From: Tubulanus polymorphus
Lineage: Eukaryota; Animalia; Nemertea
Direction: 5' to 3'
NCBI RefSeq assembly: GCF_964204645.1
Contig: NC_134027.1
Location: 11,254,485-11,318,484, forward strand
Length of the DNA: 64,000 nucleotides
A program made the translations under genes and the position numbers. The first letter of the stretch is position 1. Each line of letters begins with the position of its first letter. Shown in pieces: positions 11,737 through 25,800 of the stretch. Below the pieces are notes generated by a model, which saw only the letters and a list, made by a program, of their open reading frames with translations, was not told where the DNA came from and made no database searches.

Positions 11737-14700
11737 GAGGCGTGAAAATTTAACATTAACATTTAACGACATATCACGATTACTATCAGTTTGGAAGCGT
11801 TCGCGTAAAGAGTATATGCTATCGGTTAGCTTGAGTTACATAGCGCATCTACTATGATTCCATGATTCGTTAATGAAATTTTTCGTAATTTTTTAAGCAC
11901 CGATTGGCGAATTGGTAGTGTGTACGATGTGGTAATATCTGAGCTGGTCGATTCTGTCTGTAGGCGCACGTGTCTTTCGAATAGTTTAGTCCCGGACAAG
12001 GTAAGAGGGTCGACCTCGTTCGATTTTTGAAATACACACGTGTGTAAGTGTTGTGGAAAATGCTTTGAACAGAATACAGCATAGCGTACACCCTGAATTG
12101 TGTGTAGAAAACCCTCATACCCTGGCTGGGTTTAATATCGTAACGATTTCTTTGTGCGTGTGTATATATTCATGTGTGTTGTATGCATTCTTTTGTCGAG
12201 CATGTGACTCAGTATATTCAGTATACAAACTGCTATTAATAACTTCACTAATTTTGGATTTTCGAGTGCAACATATTTAATTGGTAACATGACGTTCACT
12301 CATGATCCGTCGTTCATTTCGACGAAGGCTCGATTTCGCAATCTCATCCGTTTAACTTTTATCTTATCACCGTCTAATATCAATAATGCAAAAGCCTCCT
12401 GTCATTCAATTTATCGCCGCGACAATGCAATTATTCCTTATTTTCACCATATATATATAGATATTTACGTGTCTATCTATCCTAGCGTGTATTTTCAACT
12501 CGGCTTTATTTTACTCGGCTTTATTATTTTATGGGTAAAAATATCGCGCAGTGTCAGTGTCGTCTATTTCTATAATGACAGCTGCGATCGATCCTCTCGA
12601 TTCGAAAGCTCGTGACAGGCTAGACGAATTTTTATGGCCAATCATTCGCCGTATTATTTGCGCCTCCGGTATTGAATTCGAGAGAGAGCAATGTTTGCAC
12701 AGTTAGATGAACTCGATGCGAGTACCGATTCACCCAAATAGATTCGGCGACGATAGATACTCTACTAGGTAGTTTGTATTTTTTTCGCTGAATTCATTCG
12801 GCAGAAGTGACACACTGGGCGAATTTGAAATTTGGCACGCTATGCAAGCGAAATTAGGCAAAAATCGATTTTCCCAGGTGAAATTCACCGATGAAGTTTG
12901 CCTAGTCAGTCGCAGGCTTTAGTAAAAAATTTCACGTATTTATAATAGAAGGTGAAGGGCGTGCAGAGGAGTAAAAATCATAAGCACAAAAAAGAAAATT
13001 GTTTTTTCAAGTATTTTAATAGCGTATCTGACTGAGATTAATTTAAGTATTCTAGTACTTTAAGTATTACCATAAGCCCTATATCATTTGTGTATCAGTT
13101 ATCTCTCGCCAGCTACCATAGTGTACAGGTACCCAAATTGACAGTAAAGGGTATCTTTTGAAATGTCATATCCACAATGACTTGCACCTATAGGATGTGT
13201 AGTATTATTACAGAAGATTCCGCTTTGTTCGGATCATTGGGGACCAAAAAAATTCATCCGTTGTACAGGAAATCTGGATTAAAAATTCATTTTCTTGTAC
13301 ATGTATATTAATGAACAAATGGACTGCAAATATTGTCCGGATTAGACCAAAATCCGGATTAAGCCGATCGTGATAACCCGCTAAGCGGGTTTGATTGTTT
13401 AACCGATAGCCTCCTTAAGCTTGTGTATCAGTCATCACCTGGGGAGAGGTACCGAGTTCCTCCTGGGTTGAGAGAGGTAACGACGACTCGATATCCCAGA
13501 GGTTGAACGTACTATGAACCAGTTCAGTCTGCGTTTGTTGACCTATCCTGTTCTATTGAACACCCTGGACAAAATTTCCCGATGATTAAACAAACTTGAA
13601 TTTATATACCTGGGACTGTTAAAAATCCTAGTCTAGACGGGGCTCATTTTTTGCATATCACGAGAGTCGTATTTATTTTCATTTGGGTAAATAGCTCAGC
13701 TGCTGCATATCACACTCAAGCCTTAATGGGGCTGTTTTTTACATTTCAGGCGATTTTCCCAAAGTACATACACGCAATGACTGATGTCGCGGAAAGGCAT
13801 TGATATATATACAAATATGATTGATATTACCTGTTAATACGGCTTTGTTGGTTTTGTCGAATTCTGTACTGTTATGTAGTATAGTAGTGAATATGTTTAT
13901 TGTTATTTTTAATGTTAACTCTTTCGTCGGCGACACGTTTTAGTGTGTTAGGCTATACATAATTGAAAACCTCTATCTGTAATCGGTGAAGAAAAAGATA
14001 TTTTATTCAGTACTTAATGTTGACGATGAAAGAATCGTTGGTTATCGTACGCGTACGTACTCGTGAATTATCAACCGTACAAGGGAACTTCCAGGTCTGA
14101 TTTTATAGACTGGTATCCACTTTGATCCAGGGGTTATTAACTAAATCGCAAGTTAATACCAGTCTATGAAACTAGGCCCTATAGTGTAGTCTATACTCAA
14201 ATCAATTTGATTAGTAAAATGATGGAAATTTAATCTGTAATATTGGTTCTAATACCGGTATTTGCGTTAAAGTTAATTCGTAATTCGACTTTCGAAACAA
14301 GGGAAGTTATGTTTACATATTTTTCTCATTCTTTGCTTTGTAATTGTGAAAACCACGTACACATTTCACCAAGCTGAACTTTCAGCCGAGATATATCTAT
14401 AGATATCTATATCTATATACTTAATAATCATTTATTTTGTTTACTAATAAATAGTGATTAGATAAGTATAACTTATGGCCACTATGTGGCCTGGTCGTGC
14501 ACAGAATTGTTTTAGCAAATACCAGTTAAAATGAAACCCGCCTAATCTAGATCAGTTGCGACCGCAATGAAATCCTGGACCGAGTATTATTATAGACTGG
14601 TATTAACTTTAACCCTGGGGGTTAACTCAGTTCATTTTCAATTAAGTCAGCCCCCCGGTTTAAGTTGATACCAGTCTATAAAACTGGGCCCCAAGCAGTT

Positions 14701-15988
14701 TTAATGCGAAATCTGAATATAACATCATATTTTGTATACATTTATGTACAGACGGAACGTAAATGATATCTGGATTAGATCCAGAATAAACTGATTTGGA
14801 TGAGGCCGGTTTTGAATGTAGTGCATCGACATTTACTTCAAAAAAGACATGTTTAATTGTAATCTTTGATTGGAGAAGTGTTAGATACATATGCGTCGAA
14901 TTTCAGAACAATCTATTTTGTGTTGGGTTGTAAGGAATTTAGTTTCTATGATCTAATAATCAATTACATTTTACTCCCGACTATAAAACAGACCCGACTA
15001 TGACTGTTCTACTTGAGAGTTTTCACCCTTTTTAAAAGATCAACTATTCCCAAAAATATCGAAATACCCGCAAAATAAGAATAATTTCTAGTTCATTTTT
15101 AATAAAATAACCATTTACAATGACGAATTACTCTAATTTTTGGTGAAAACTACTACAATTAGAGACATCAGGTTGTCTGGCCTACTATGAAATTTCATTT
15201 TGGAATTTTGGCACTTGGTAGACCGTCTTATATGTACTTATATGTAGTTAAAATGCAAAACACAAGTGAAAAATACAGAAATAGTGTAAAGTATTTTTGG
15301 CCTCCACATGTTATTATGTAAATGCTATAAGAAATAAGAATTCTAACTGGTTTCTCGAAGAAATAAAATACATTACTCATAATATTGTCTATCTTTCAAT
15401 AGTGTTCTTTTGTTACATTTTGTGCGGCAACGGGCAAATAGTCACATGTTTGCGCTGAAAAATATATCTTGAACTCGTTGCAACGGGCCGTCGTGACAAT
15501 TAGACAAAAGGAATTTTCTTGAAAATCAAGGTCTGTTGCCTGACATGATTTGCGAAGACAAACCTAGCTCTGCTCGTAAACTTAAGTACCCTTTTTAATT
15601 GTGCATTTGCTGGTTCAAGAAACCTCCATAGAGGTTACCACACAATAAAGAACAAAGGCAACGAGGACTCTTCAAAAGAAGCAATAAGATGAACCACATA
15701 GAATTCTTTTATTAATATCTACCATTTATTTCTTTCATGTATTTGCAAGAGTATGACAAAACAATGCTACTTCAGAGAAATCCCATAATTGACGACTTAT
15801 TCAAAAACTAAAAAATATCATTAGGATTTCGCTGTATTCCACCGCTTTAGGAAATGCCCGCAATAAATTTTTGTCTTCAATTGTGGCATTTCACTTGATG
15901 GATTAGTTAATGCATTTCAATAAAAATGCTTCAGACATACTTTTTCTACTGAGACCTTTTTCTCAGTGCTGCTGTAAAATATCATTAA

Positions 15989-16272
15989 CCCTTTCAGTGC
16001 TGTCTTACCCAGGACCCAGTTCCACAGTTCTGAGTTAGAGTTAACTCTTGAGTTAAAGTTAGTTCATTTTCAATGAGTTAACTCAAGAGTTTTTAAAATT
16101 CCACCTCAGTGAGGGAATAATGGGTATACCGCCTATAGTGTATCGTCAGTTACTCATATTTCAGTCTGTTTAACAGGTGCTGCCATCTTTCAATAAAGAT
16201 AAAAACTATTACATGAATAAGCCGCGATCACCAATTTATACACCGCATTGTGGTGTAGACGCATTTAAAGGG
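15989..16272. mobile_element. piggyBac-like non-autonomous element (copy 1)
   Basis: TTAA|CCCTTTCAGTGC ... GCATTTAAAGGG|TTAA; internal sequence shared with the copies at 34231 and 55861. Confidence 0.7.
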
Positions 16273-16895
16273 TTAATTTCTTTTTCTCAGCTTTACTGTA
16301 CATTATATATCATTAATCTTGCATTTAAATCAAGGGTCGGCTACACATGTTCTATACACGCGATTTGAGATTTCTTCTAACATCTGGCGCCAATTGCTCA
16401 AAAGATTGTTACAGTTACCGTAACCTTTAGATAAAAACCATTATCAGTTAACCACGGATTGAAATTAAACCAACTTTTGAGCAAAAGATCCCTGAAAAAT
16501 CGCACAGTAACAATAAGTTATTCATCCCCTGCTTAACTAGAGCATTTGTCCCCTGGATCAAAAATTCTGGTCCACTTCATACTAGATCACTAAGACCTTA
16601 CATAGCTAACAACAAATGATCTATATTACTATATTACCTCTAGTCTAACTATATATTACACAGCTACTTGGATGAATCATGATCATTTGTGGATAAGCCC
16701 GAGGCCTATGCTGGGAGAGCTGAGGAGCCGACCTTTTTTATCAGCAAATTATTTCAACGAACAGATTTCAACGATCAAAAGTCATAGAAGACAATCTCTA
16801 AATATAATGAAAATTCCAGGTTGCAGATTATTCATACGTAAAAACGTTCAATTCCAATGATATGGCACATAGTTGCACATGCGGTAAATCTACGT

Positions 16896-19800
16896 TCACT
16901 TTTTATGGTCTGCTCCTACTGCATCGGCAACTGACACAAATCCTTCTTTTCTGTAAAATAAACAATGTGATCCACGTTATCATATGAACCCCCTACATTG
17001 AAACAATGATTTTGAAATCAAGCTACGCATGGTTGTAAGGAACTAGGGGTCCAGGGACACCATGCCCACTAGGGAAGTGATTTGAAATACTCCACTATCA
17101 GAAATTTACAATATTCAACGCCCCCTGGTGAACAAATTAATAAACCAAATACCTTGAAAGTCGCCACAACCGAACGAACGGATGAAAAGTGAACACAAGA
17201 AAGCTATGAGACAGGTTCGACGACGTTTCAACTCTAAACGTTACGAGCTATATTCAAAAAGATCTAATTTCCAAGAGCTTTCACTACGATGAAACAAGTA
17301 TTTCTCCTTTCAGTCAGTGTCCTACCCTCGCTCTGAGTTAAACGCTGTATGGCCCATAGCATTGAGTCGAAACGTCGAACGACTACATAGTTTTACTATT
17401 GATTATTGGTTATTTTCTTCAATGTCACTCTCATTTCAATGCACTCATTAAACCTGGGTAAGTTGACTCTCAGCAAGAGTGATTTTGTTATCAACACACT
17501 GCATGTACATTGTGTAGTGACATATGTCCGGTGGTTTGTTGATTATTGATTCAGGATCGTTCATAAAAGGACGTACCGGTATGCAAGCTGTAGCAGCTAA
17601 AACCAAAAAGTCTAAAGTGTATGATCTGCCTACATCGGCTAATGAATTGTACGTACTTTATGGCTGACAGTATCCAGTTCATTTCCAATCAGTTAACTCT
17701 TTAGTCATATCTTAACACAGAACTGGGTGGAATTCAAATGATATTGCGAAATGAAAATGAATAGAGAATTCATTAATTGTGTGATGGTCTTGCCCTGTAT
17801 CTTATGACATTTTGGTGCATACATCTTTTGAGAAAATTAAGAAAGGCATGGAGGAACACAAAAAATGTTTATTGATTGAGTTTGTACCAGGATATGCGAT
17901 ACATTTTCTGTCTGAAACTAAGACCATTATCTCAATTTCATTACCATTATTTTTACGTAATTCCTTAATATAATGAATCCTCCCTTATAGAGTCCACACA
18001 TTAATTGACCTTGAAACAGGATCCCTACTGATCAGTCCTTCCTGGATATTGGGAGCTTTAAAGATTTGATATTTCAAGGAAGCGTCTGCATCACTTATAT
18101 ATCCTAATTACAGTGGTTCTTTAATCGGTACTGTATATTTCAGTAAACCGGTAATTGGTGGTTATATAACCAAATTTTTATCCTTTACGCTACCTAAACA
18201 TGGTTTCAAATTTGGCAACCACCTAATTAGATAAAAACAAATCCTAGTCCCCACTATAATGATTCCAGGCGTGGTCTATTGTTGAACTTCTTGAGTATCT
18301 ATTTACCCATTTATCGAGGGAGTTTTAAAGGAGTTCCTAACATTTTGCACAAATTAAAGTAGTTTCAAGCACCTTCTAATGCAGTTTCCATTTAAAAGAT
18401 CTTTTAAGGAATCGAGGAGTCGTAGAGACCCTGTGAAATAAATCTGCCCACGACGAAACAGGCCATACATATCATTAACCTGGGTTCACAAAAGGCTTCA
18501 TAGACTTACTGCAATATTTCTCGTAACTCTCGTTTGATTTTGTTGATTACGGGTGGACCATCATACGCTAAAGCTGAATATAATTGGACTAGAGAAGCAC
18601 CAGCTCGAATCTTATCATACGCGTCTGCTCCACAGCATATTCCTCCTACGCCGATAATAGGCAATTCACCTGTAAATATAGCACATCATATCATCGCTCA
18701 ATCCTTAACCCGTTTTAGCATAATTTTTTCTTCTTCGCCTTCCTTATTGTGATCCAATTGAACTTATTGATTTATACTTAACCCAATACATAAAAAATCA
18801 AAATAAAGAAAAAACAATATCTATTGAAGAGAAAAAAAAACAAATTAAAAATGGTAAAACGTTTCGGATTTTCGCTTCACCCTTGGATGAAATATGAAAC
18901 AAAAATATCATTCACATAATCAAAAGCGCTTGGTTCAGCTAAAACTGCTTGCAGCGATGTGGAAAACAAGAAGAGCCAGGTACAAAAACTTCACAGTTTC
19001 ACAATTCACGATGGCACATGCGTTCAGCTTGATACACGGATCTTAAAACTCAGTCAGAGGGATATTTACAATAGTCATGATTAAGCTTAAACAAGAATTT
19101 TAACAAAATCAGTATTCTGAAATTCCGGCCCATCATACACATGTCCGTAGATGGTTTTGAGTTCTATGGTTTTACCTTTAGTTAAAGAATACATGTTTTT
19201 AATCACTTCTGTTGATATTTCTTTTAATGGCTGTCCGCTAAGTCCTCCCGTTTCTGTCTTATGTTTGCTTTTCAATGACTCTGGTCTGGACACTGTTGTA
19301 TTGCTGATTATCAAACCACTGACACCACACTATGAAATAAGTGAAGTCATTATCGATAAAGTAAGACTGTTATAAAACACTGTTTAAATTATCAAGTTTG
19401 GAATGCAATGAATTTCTGAGCCTAGATTCATCAATGCAGGGACAAAATTTACCTGATGTTTAGATTTTTAAACCCTCGGGACTAATTCACACTCGGGAAA
19501 TTTCAGTGATAAACAAAATATTTGGCTATAGGTATGAAATATGTTTCCTGGGGTCAGGGCCATATCTAGCAGAAATTTTGAAAAATATTTTCCAAATTGT
19601 ATTGTTATATCCTATACAACTGCCCTTTTTCGCTTTCCTCTGCCCCCTGAAATTAAAATGCTAGATATAGCCCTCGGGGTTAAAGAATGAATACAACAGT
19701 ATCAATTCTTTCATCCCAGGGAAATGAACTCAAATCTTTCGTACCAACAGTAAGAGCTGTCATAGAATAGGTATTATCAAATTATAACCAGGGTAAACTT

Positions 19801-22800
19801 TCATAAGGACGTTTTAGATTGATTTAGAAATTAGAATCGGCTCTAAAATCATGATCAAGCTAACCATAACAGACCTGGCAGTTATAGAAATGAACAGATA
19901 ACACAATTTTTTTGCAGTTTCCAAGAGTGACTCGGCTGATTAGGAGAAACAAGCTATCATTTTATTTCAGCCTAATGAAATCAAATCTAGTGAGTCTAAA
20001 TGAGTGAAACTTTCTTGTGAAACTGGCCCTTCAAATATTTCACCTAGGGTTTATTCGTCGACACGCCTCCATGATTCCAGGAATATTACATGATTATAGG
20101 TTTGAAGAAATAGATAAAGATCCATGCAGAAACAGCAATTAAATTACCTGTTTTTGAGAGACCACAGCTGCTATATCTATTTGATCTTGTTCCGTCAAAT
20201 CTGGAGCAATTTTGATGAGTAAAGGTGGTTTTTTCGCGCAGCTTAACTCATTTCTGGCTTTCACAACCTAAAGTACACAAGGAGGAACCATAAGGAATTA
20301 CAAAGGTTTTTTTGTCTCAAAGTTGGAGTTCCTCTAAGATGTTGAAAATCTTTGAATACCAAAAGATATGACTGATATGGCAGGGAACGTGATGGCATCC
20401 TTAGACTCAGCCACGGCACATAAATTTGTCGCACTAGACCAGGTGCGTAGGTACATGCACAGGTAAAAAATAAAACAATATTTCTGATTGGCTAATAATG
20501 ACATCATCTAAGCAGCGAACCCCAGCTAGTGTGGCATGGTTTCATACTGGGGGGAGTCTCGATGCCATCAGGTTTGAATCCCTACCAGGGGAGGATGCGT
20601 ATAGGCTCCAAACCCTGTCAAGGGTGGATGAAACCTACCTTACTGATCAATTCTTGGAGCTGCTTTCTACCTTGCAACGCACGTAAACCTGGCGTATTTG
20701 GGCTCGATATGTTAATCACTAAATAATCCGACAGTTCACCAAATTTTTTCACGCCTTTCACATAATCCTCAGCAGAATCCAGTGTTGTCTTATTTTTTCC
20801 AAGATTTACACCGAGTATGCCACCTAAATTGATAAAGATTGAATCAATTAATTCACAATCCCATAAAAGATTTTTCCAGAAATTATACTCATTGAATATC
20901 GAACATATATTTGCCTTTCTAACAGTTGCCAATACAAGTTATCTTATGGACAGCAATAAAGCCAGGGGCGGATCCAGGCTGAACTCCCCCCTGGGTCCGC
21001 CCCTGAAAGCGTAAAGGGTAGAGCAGAACATTTTTTCACACTACCAAGAACTGCATCATCCCAATTATCAAGCAATGGACAAGAGGAGCAGCTACAAGAT
21101 AATTCAAAGAGGCAATGGTTGGAAGTAAAAGATATCTCATAGTAGGCAGCAAAAAGTAACACTTTTAACAAAGGCAACAAAAAAGGCTGAATCAAAAAAA
21201 AAGACGTTTTAAACCCATAACTTCGATCAACATTTTTGATGAGACAGAAACTAAATGTTTATCCTCATAATAACGTTTTTGTTTGTGAGACTCAGTCTTG
21301 TAGAACGAAGGTACTGGTACCTCTGCAACGTGATTTCTGATAGGATGTTAACTTTTCGCGATCACTACCCGTCCAGAAATTCTCGTTCAAAAAGTTGCGA
21401 TCGTCTGGTTCGGCAGGATTTTCTACCACATAATAAAGCAAAATTCACCAATTCTTTTTAGGACTAGCGATTTATTTCGAGAACTTAAGGAGACACGGTG
21501 AAATTAGTTGTAGATGTGTTGTACCTGATTGTCCTTCATCCTCGCGAAGAGATTTAAGTCGGTCGTACACTACTTCATGTCCATCGCTATTAAAACCATA
21601 TCTACAATAATGAGTGTAACGATAAGTCAGAAAAGATTAATAATAAAGTAGACTCTGCCTATACCAGTACAGTTGGGACCTTCATTTTTTTTACTGAATT
21701 TAGCGGTTACTGGTTTGAAGTACCCTGAAAATCAAAAGATAAAACTAGGCGTCTATAGACGCTAGGAGATTGCTTTGAAATGCTAAAAAACCTAACAATT
21801 TAAATATTCAACACCCCCTGGTGAATACACAGATACCAATGACTGAAACTCACCACAATTGTCATAATCCACAATTTTGCAATTGATTGTGGTAATAAAT
21901 GTGACAAGGTACCAATATAAAATGAAAATAACAAAATATTCTGATATTCAATGCCCCTGGTGAGCATATAAGAAAAATGACCTTGAAACTCAACATAATC
22001 ATAGAACATGTCATGAGCTACAACTTTCTACAATATATGCATAGGTATCTAATCGTGGAATTTCGTCGTAAATTTCCCTTGGATAAAGTTTAAATGTTCT
22101 GTTAAACTGGCTCTTAATTTTTTTGTTTTGGATCATGTGCTCTATCTCCTATTTACCCGCATGTATAAACTCGGCTTAGAAAAATGTATCTTTTATTATA
22201 GATTTACATCTTCGTGCAGTTCCGGCTCTATTGTATGCGCCTCTGTTTAGAGATAATTTGCCCAAATTGACGAGGCGTCTAACCTCCGTACTTCAAAGAT
22301 TTGATGCAAATTGATAAATTGTGCGAATAGTTTAGAAATAACTTTTTACGCCGACTGTACAAAATAAATCTAACAACGACGTGAACTGAACTGGACTTTT
22401 TGTGAACCCCATTGTTCGACGTATTGCCACAGGCATGCCGAGTAAAAAACTTTTGCAGCGTTTTGGTACGCTGATATTTAATTGGTGAAGTGCTTTTATA
22501 CATCTCGTTAATTCAACCACGCATTCAGAATCTTTTGAACCACGGGAAGCGCTATGGATCTTTTTCGGAATGCAACAATTCCAACTAACGTATACTTGGT
22601 TTTTGTACGAAGCGGAACTGCGTTGAACGGAGTGTATTCGTGGTTTTACGTTCCATTCTCGAGTATTTGTTTCGTTCTCGGTTTTACCGGTAATCCGCTG
22701 ATCATAATTCTAATGCTGCAACGTAAACTACGCAAGCGTTCATTTAGTCGGATGTTCGTTCAACTGGCGATATTCGATTCTATGGTCCTCTGTATTTATC

Positions 22801-25800
22801 TTATCAAATTCTTGAACTCTGTATCTTATCTGTTGTTCAACAGACTGCTCATCGAACCATCAACGCGAAACCAATGTATGCTTTTTGAGTATTTCACTGT
22901 TCTGTGTCTTACGGTCAGCCCGTGGACGCTGGTTCTAGTGTCCGTCGAGCGAATGTCTGTGGTTTGCTTTCCGTTTCGAGGTCCTCGCTTCTGGACACCG
23001 AATATCGCTTCTAGATTGTGTTTATCCATTGTCTGTGTAGGAGCGATGATTTATAGTTATTTATTCGCAACTGTCAATGTCAGTGATGGCGGTTGTATCA
23101 GCGAAGAACCAATACCGATATTTCGAATCATCTTTATTTCTATACTTCCATTTTGTTTTCTAGCCATCCTATCATCAATAACATCTGTCGCTTTATTCAA
23201 GAGAAAGAAAAACTTTAACAACTCTCGAGCGTATAAAGATTCAAACCAAGTTAACCTGTTGATTTTGTTACTGTGCATATTCTTTATGGTTACAACTTTT
23301 CCTGCATGTATATACAGCCCTATATTCCGGATCCATTCCGAAATAAAGGGTACAATGATGCCATTTCTTTCCGACATTTTGATGGTAAATTATTCTTTGA
23401 ATCTGTATATATATCTGATGACGGGAAAGGATATCAGAAACGTGTGTCGTAATCTAATTTCAAAATGAAACCTTCACTAGACACTTCGATCAAATTGCCG
23501 TAACATTAAACTGAATTTCAACCTTATGAAAATTGATCTCTTGTTATTCTTAGAAGCACTGTCTCGTAGAAATGTGTTCAAATATATTACAAGGTTTAAA
23601 AAGGTTTATCAAGTACATACGTGATTTATGGGACAAAAATGTTTAGGACTAACGGATTTGACTCCTTAGTCAATGACATAGAATATTTGTCAAGCAATCC
23701 TTACTTTGTTTCCATTATTACACGATCTCAACTCTAAATCTCTTATCGATCTATCTAGAATTGTCTAAAGCCTAACAAAGGGACCCGGGACATTATGCCC
23801 CATTGGTGAAATGCTTGACGACTGATAATTCAATATTCAACACCCCTAGCAGGGCCGTATCTAGCAGGGGGCAAGGGGACGGTTGCTCCCCCAGAAATTT
23901 TGGAAAAGTGCCCTTTTAGCAAATATTACCGGTATTGTTAGGCCTATATCGATCAGAACTGCTTATTTTCAGGTTTTTCTCTGCCCTCCTAAAATTCAAA
24001 TGCTAGGTACGCCTGGTGAATTAATACAGTGAGTCCTAAACTTATCACAATCATATAGCTTGTCATGAGCTACAATTGACTGTAAGTTAAAATCCGTTGA
24101 AATTTTCCTCGAAAACCTTTTACACATCCATGCATGAGGAATGATTACTAAGATGGTCACCGATTTTGTAAAAATTTTCTGATCAAAAAACCTGTCTGAT
24201 GTGTTAGAGATCCCTTCCCTATGTATACCCATCACAAATTACAACAGAAAATGGTGAACCATTAGTAAGCTATGGGGCTATGAATTCAGGCCAAAAATGT
24301 TAAGAGTCTACTGTACATTTGGCCAAAAAACTTTGTTTCAATTCATATATAATAATCTATATTCACTTGCTTTACACCATGCGCTTTACACTATGATATT
24401 ATCACAAATCTGTTTCTGAGAGATCCAATTTCTGAAAATCCATTAAATGATAACAAAATAAACATCATTTTCTAGTCTCAAGGTGAAAACAAGTGTATCA
24501 ACCTCACCACGATATATAAGTCTGTTGTTTCATTCATTTGATTCACTTGTATTTCACCTTAAGAGAGGAGGGTCGCAAAATTATTCGAGTCAAGAAACTT
24601 TTTCACTCTATAAGAAAATTGGTGTGAGGGAATAACTGAAAATGTGGGGTATAGGCCTACAAGGGAGAACAAGTTAATTGGGTGAAAACTGGTTCTCCCT
24701 GTACATTGTTGGATTTTAATAAATAAAATTCGCTTTTAATCTTTTAAATTTCGTTTATAATGTTTATAATTTTTTTAAACTTATGATCTATTCCCGGCAT
24801 GTGAGTGCAACTATTCTACTCATACAATTCTAGTTCTCGGATACCTGTTGATAATTGCCTGGTCTTCTTTTAATCTGAACACTCGCGGTTTCGGATTTCC
24901 GTCTTGGGGATTCGGAGTTATGCTCCCGACCTCTACGAATCCGAATCCCATCTTATACAAGCCTTTTACTGCTTCGCCTTGTTTATCAAATCCTGCCGCT
25001 AGTCCTACGGGATTATCAAACTGCAGTCCCAAAACTGTTGTCTTCTGCAATTATTCAATCAGAAAACAAAAAATTTATCAAAACTACTATTAGGCCTACC
25101 CTTATTTTTCTTGACCATCGACCAAAAATTCCTCGATTTAATCATATCCTCAGTGTGGGGCTGTTTCTTCTCAAGAGGAACTTAGTGACATTTTTCATCG
25201 GCAAGAATTAACGACACCAAAAATTCAAATTCCCTGATTTTCAAGAATGAGTCATTATTTCGATTTCAATAAATCTGGAATTCCTTGATGTCCCTTGATC
25301 TGTAAGAACCCCGGCCAAAAGAGATTCTTCATTCTGAGTTTTATTGATCAATGATGAATTAAACAGATGAATGTATTTATTGAGTGGTTTAAGCCATCAA
25401 TAGTGGTTTCGTCAATCCAGAATTTATGAGTTTGAATCCTTGTGGTGGCAGAGTGCCTTGGTTATTAGTTGGCCTGCTGATTAGAAAAACAAACTAAACT
25501 AATAAGACTTGATAGAGCGAATCTTCCAATGAAAAACAATGCATGTGATTCGCTAGATATATAGACTGGCAGCTGCTGAGCAGATCTATTCACCCAAGAA
25601 ATCTTGCAAGGTAATAGACTAATGAAGGGTCCACGACCAGGATCTGTGACCTTCAGCAGGGGCAATCAAACCCTGGCAAGCGAGGATGCTACTAACAATG
25701 CTTTCCTTGTACTCAGCAGGGAAAGGGAATTTTTGAAAATTCAAATCTTACTAATGAAGCATGATCTTCTGACTTCATGCGCGGAACTAAACCGTATTTC

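Noticed and set aside
25380-25450. tRNA-like A/B-box sequence (similar GTTYGAATC words at ~20570 and ~37457)
   Set aside because: No cloverleaf; probably decayed SINE heads, not tRNA genes.
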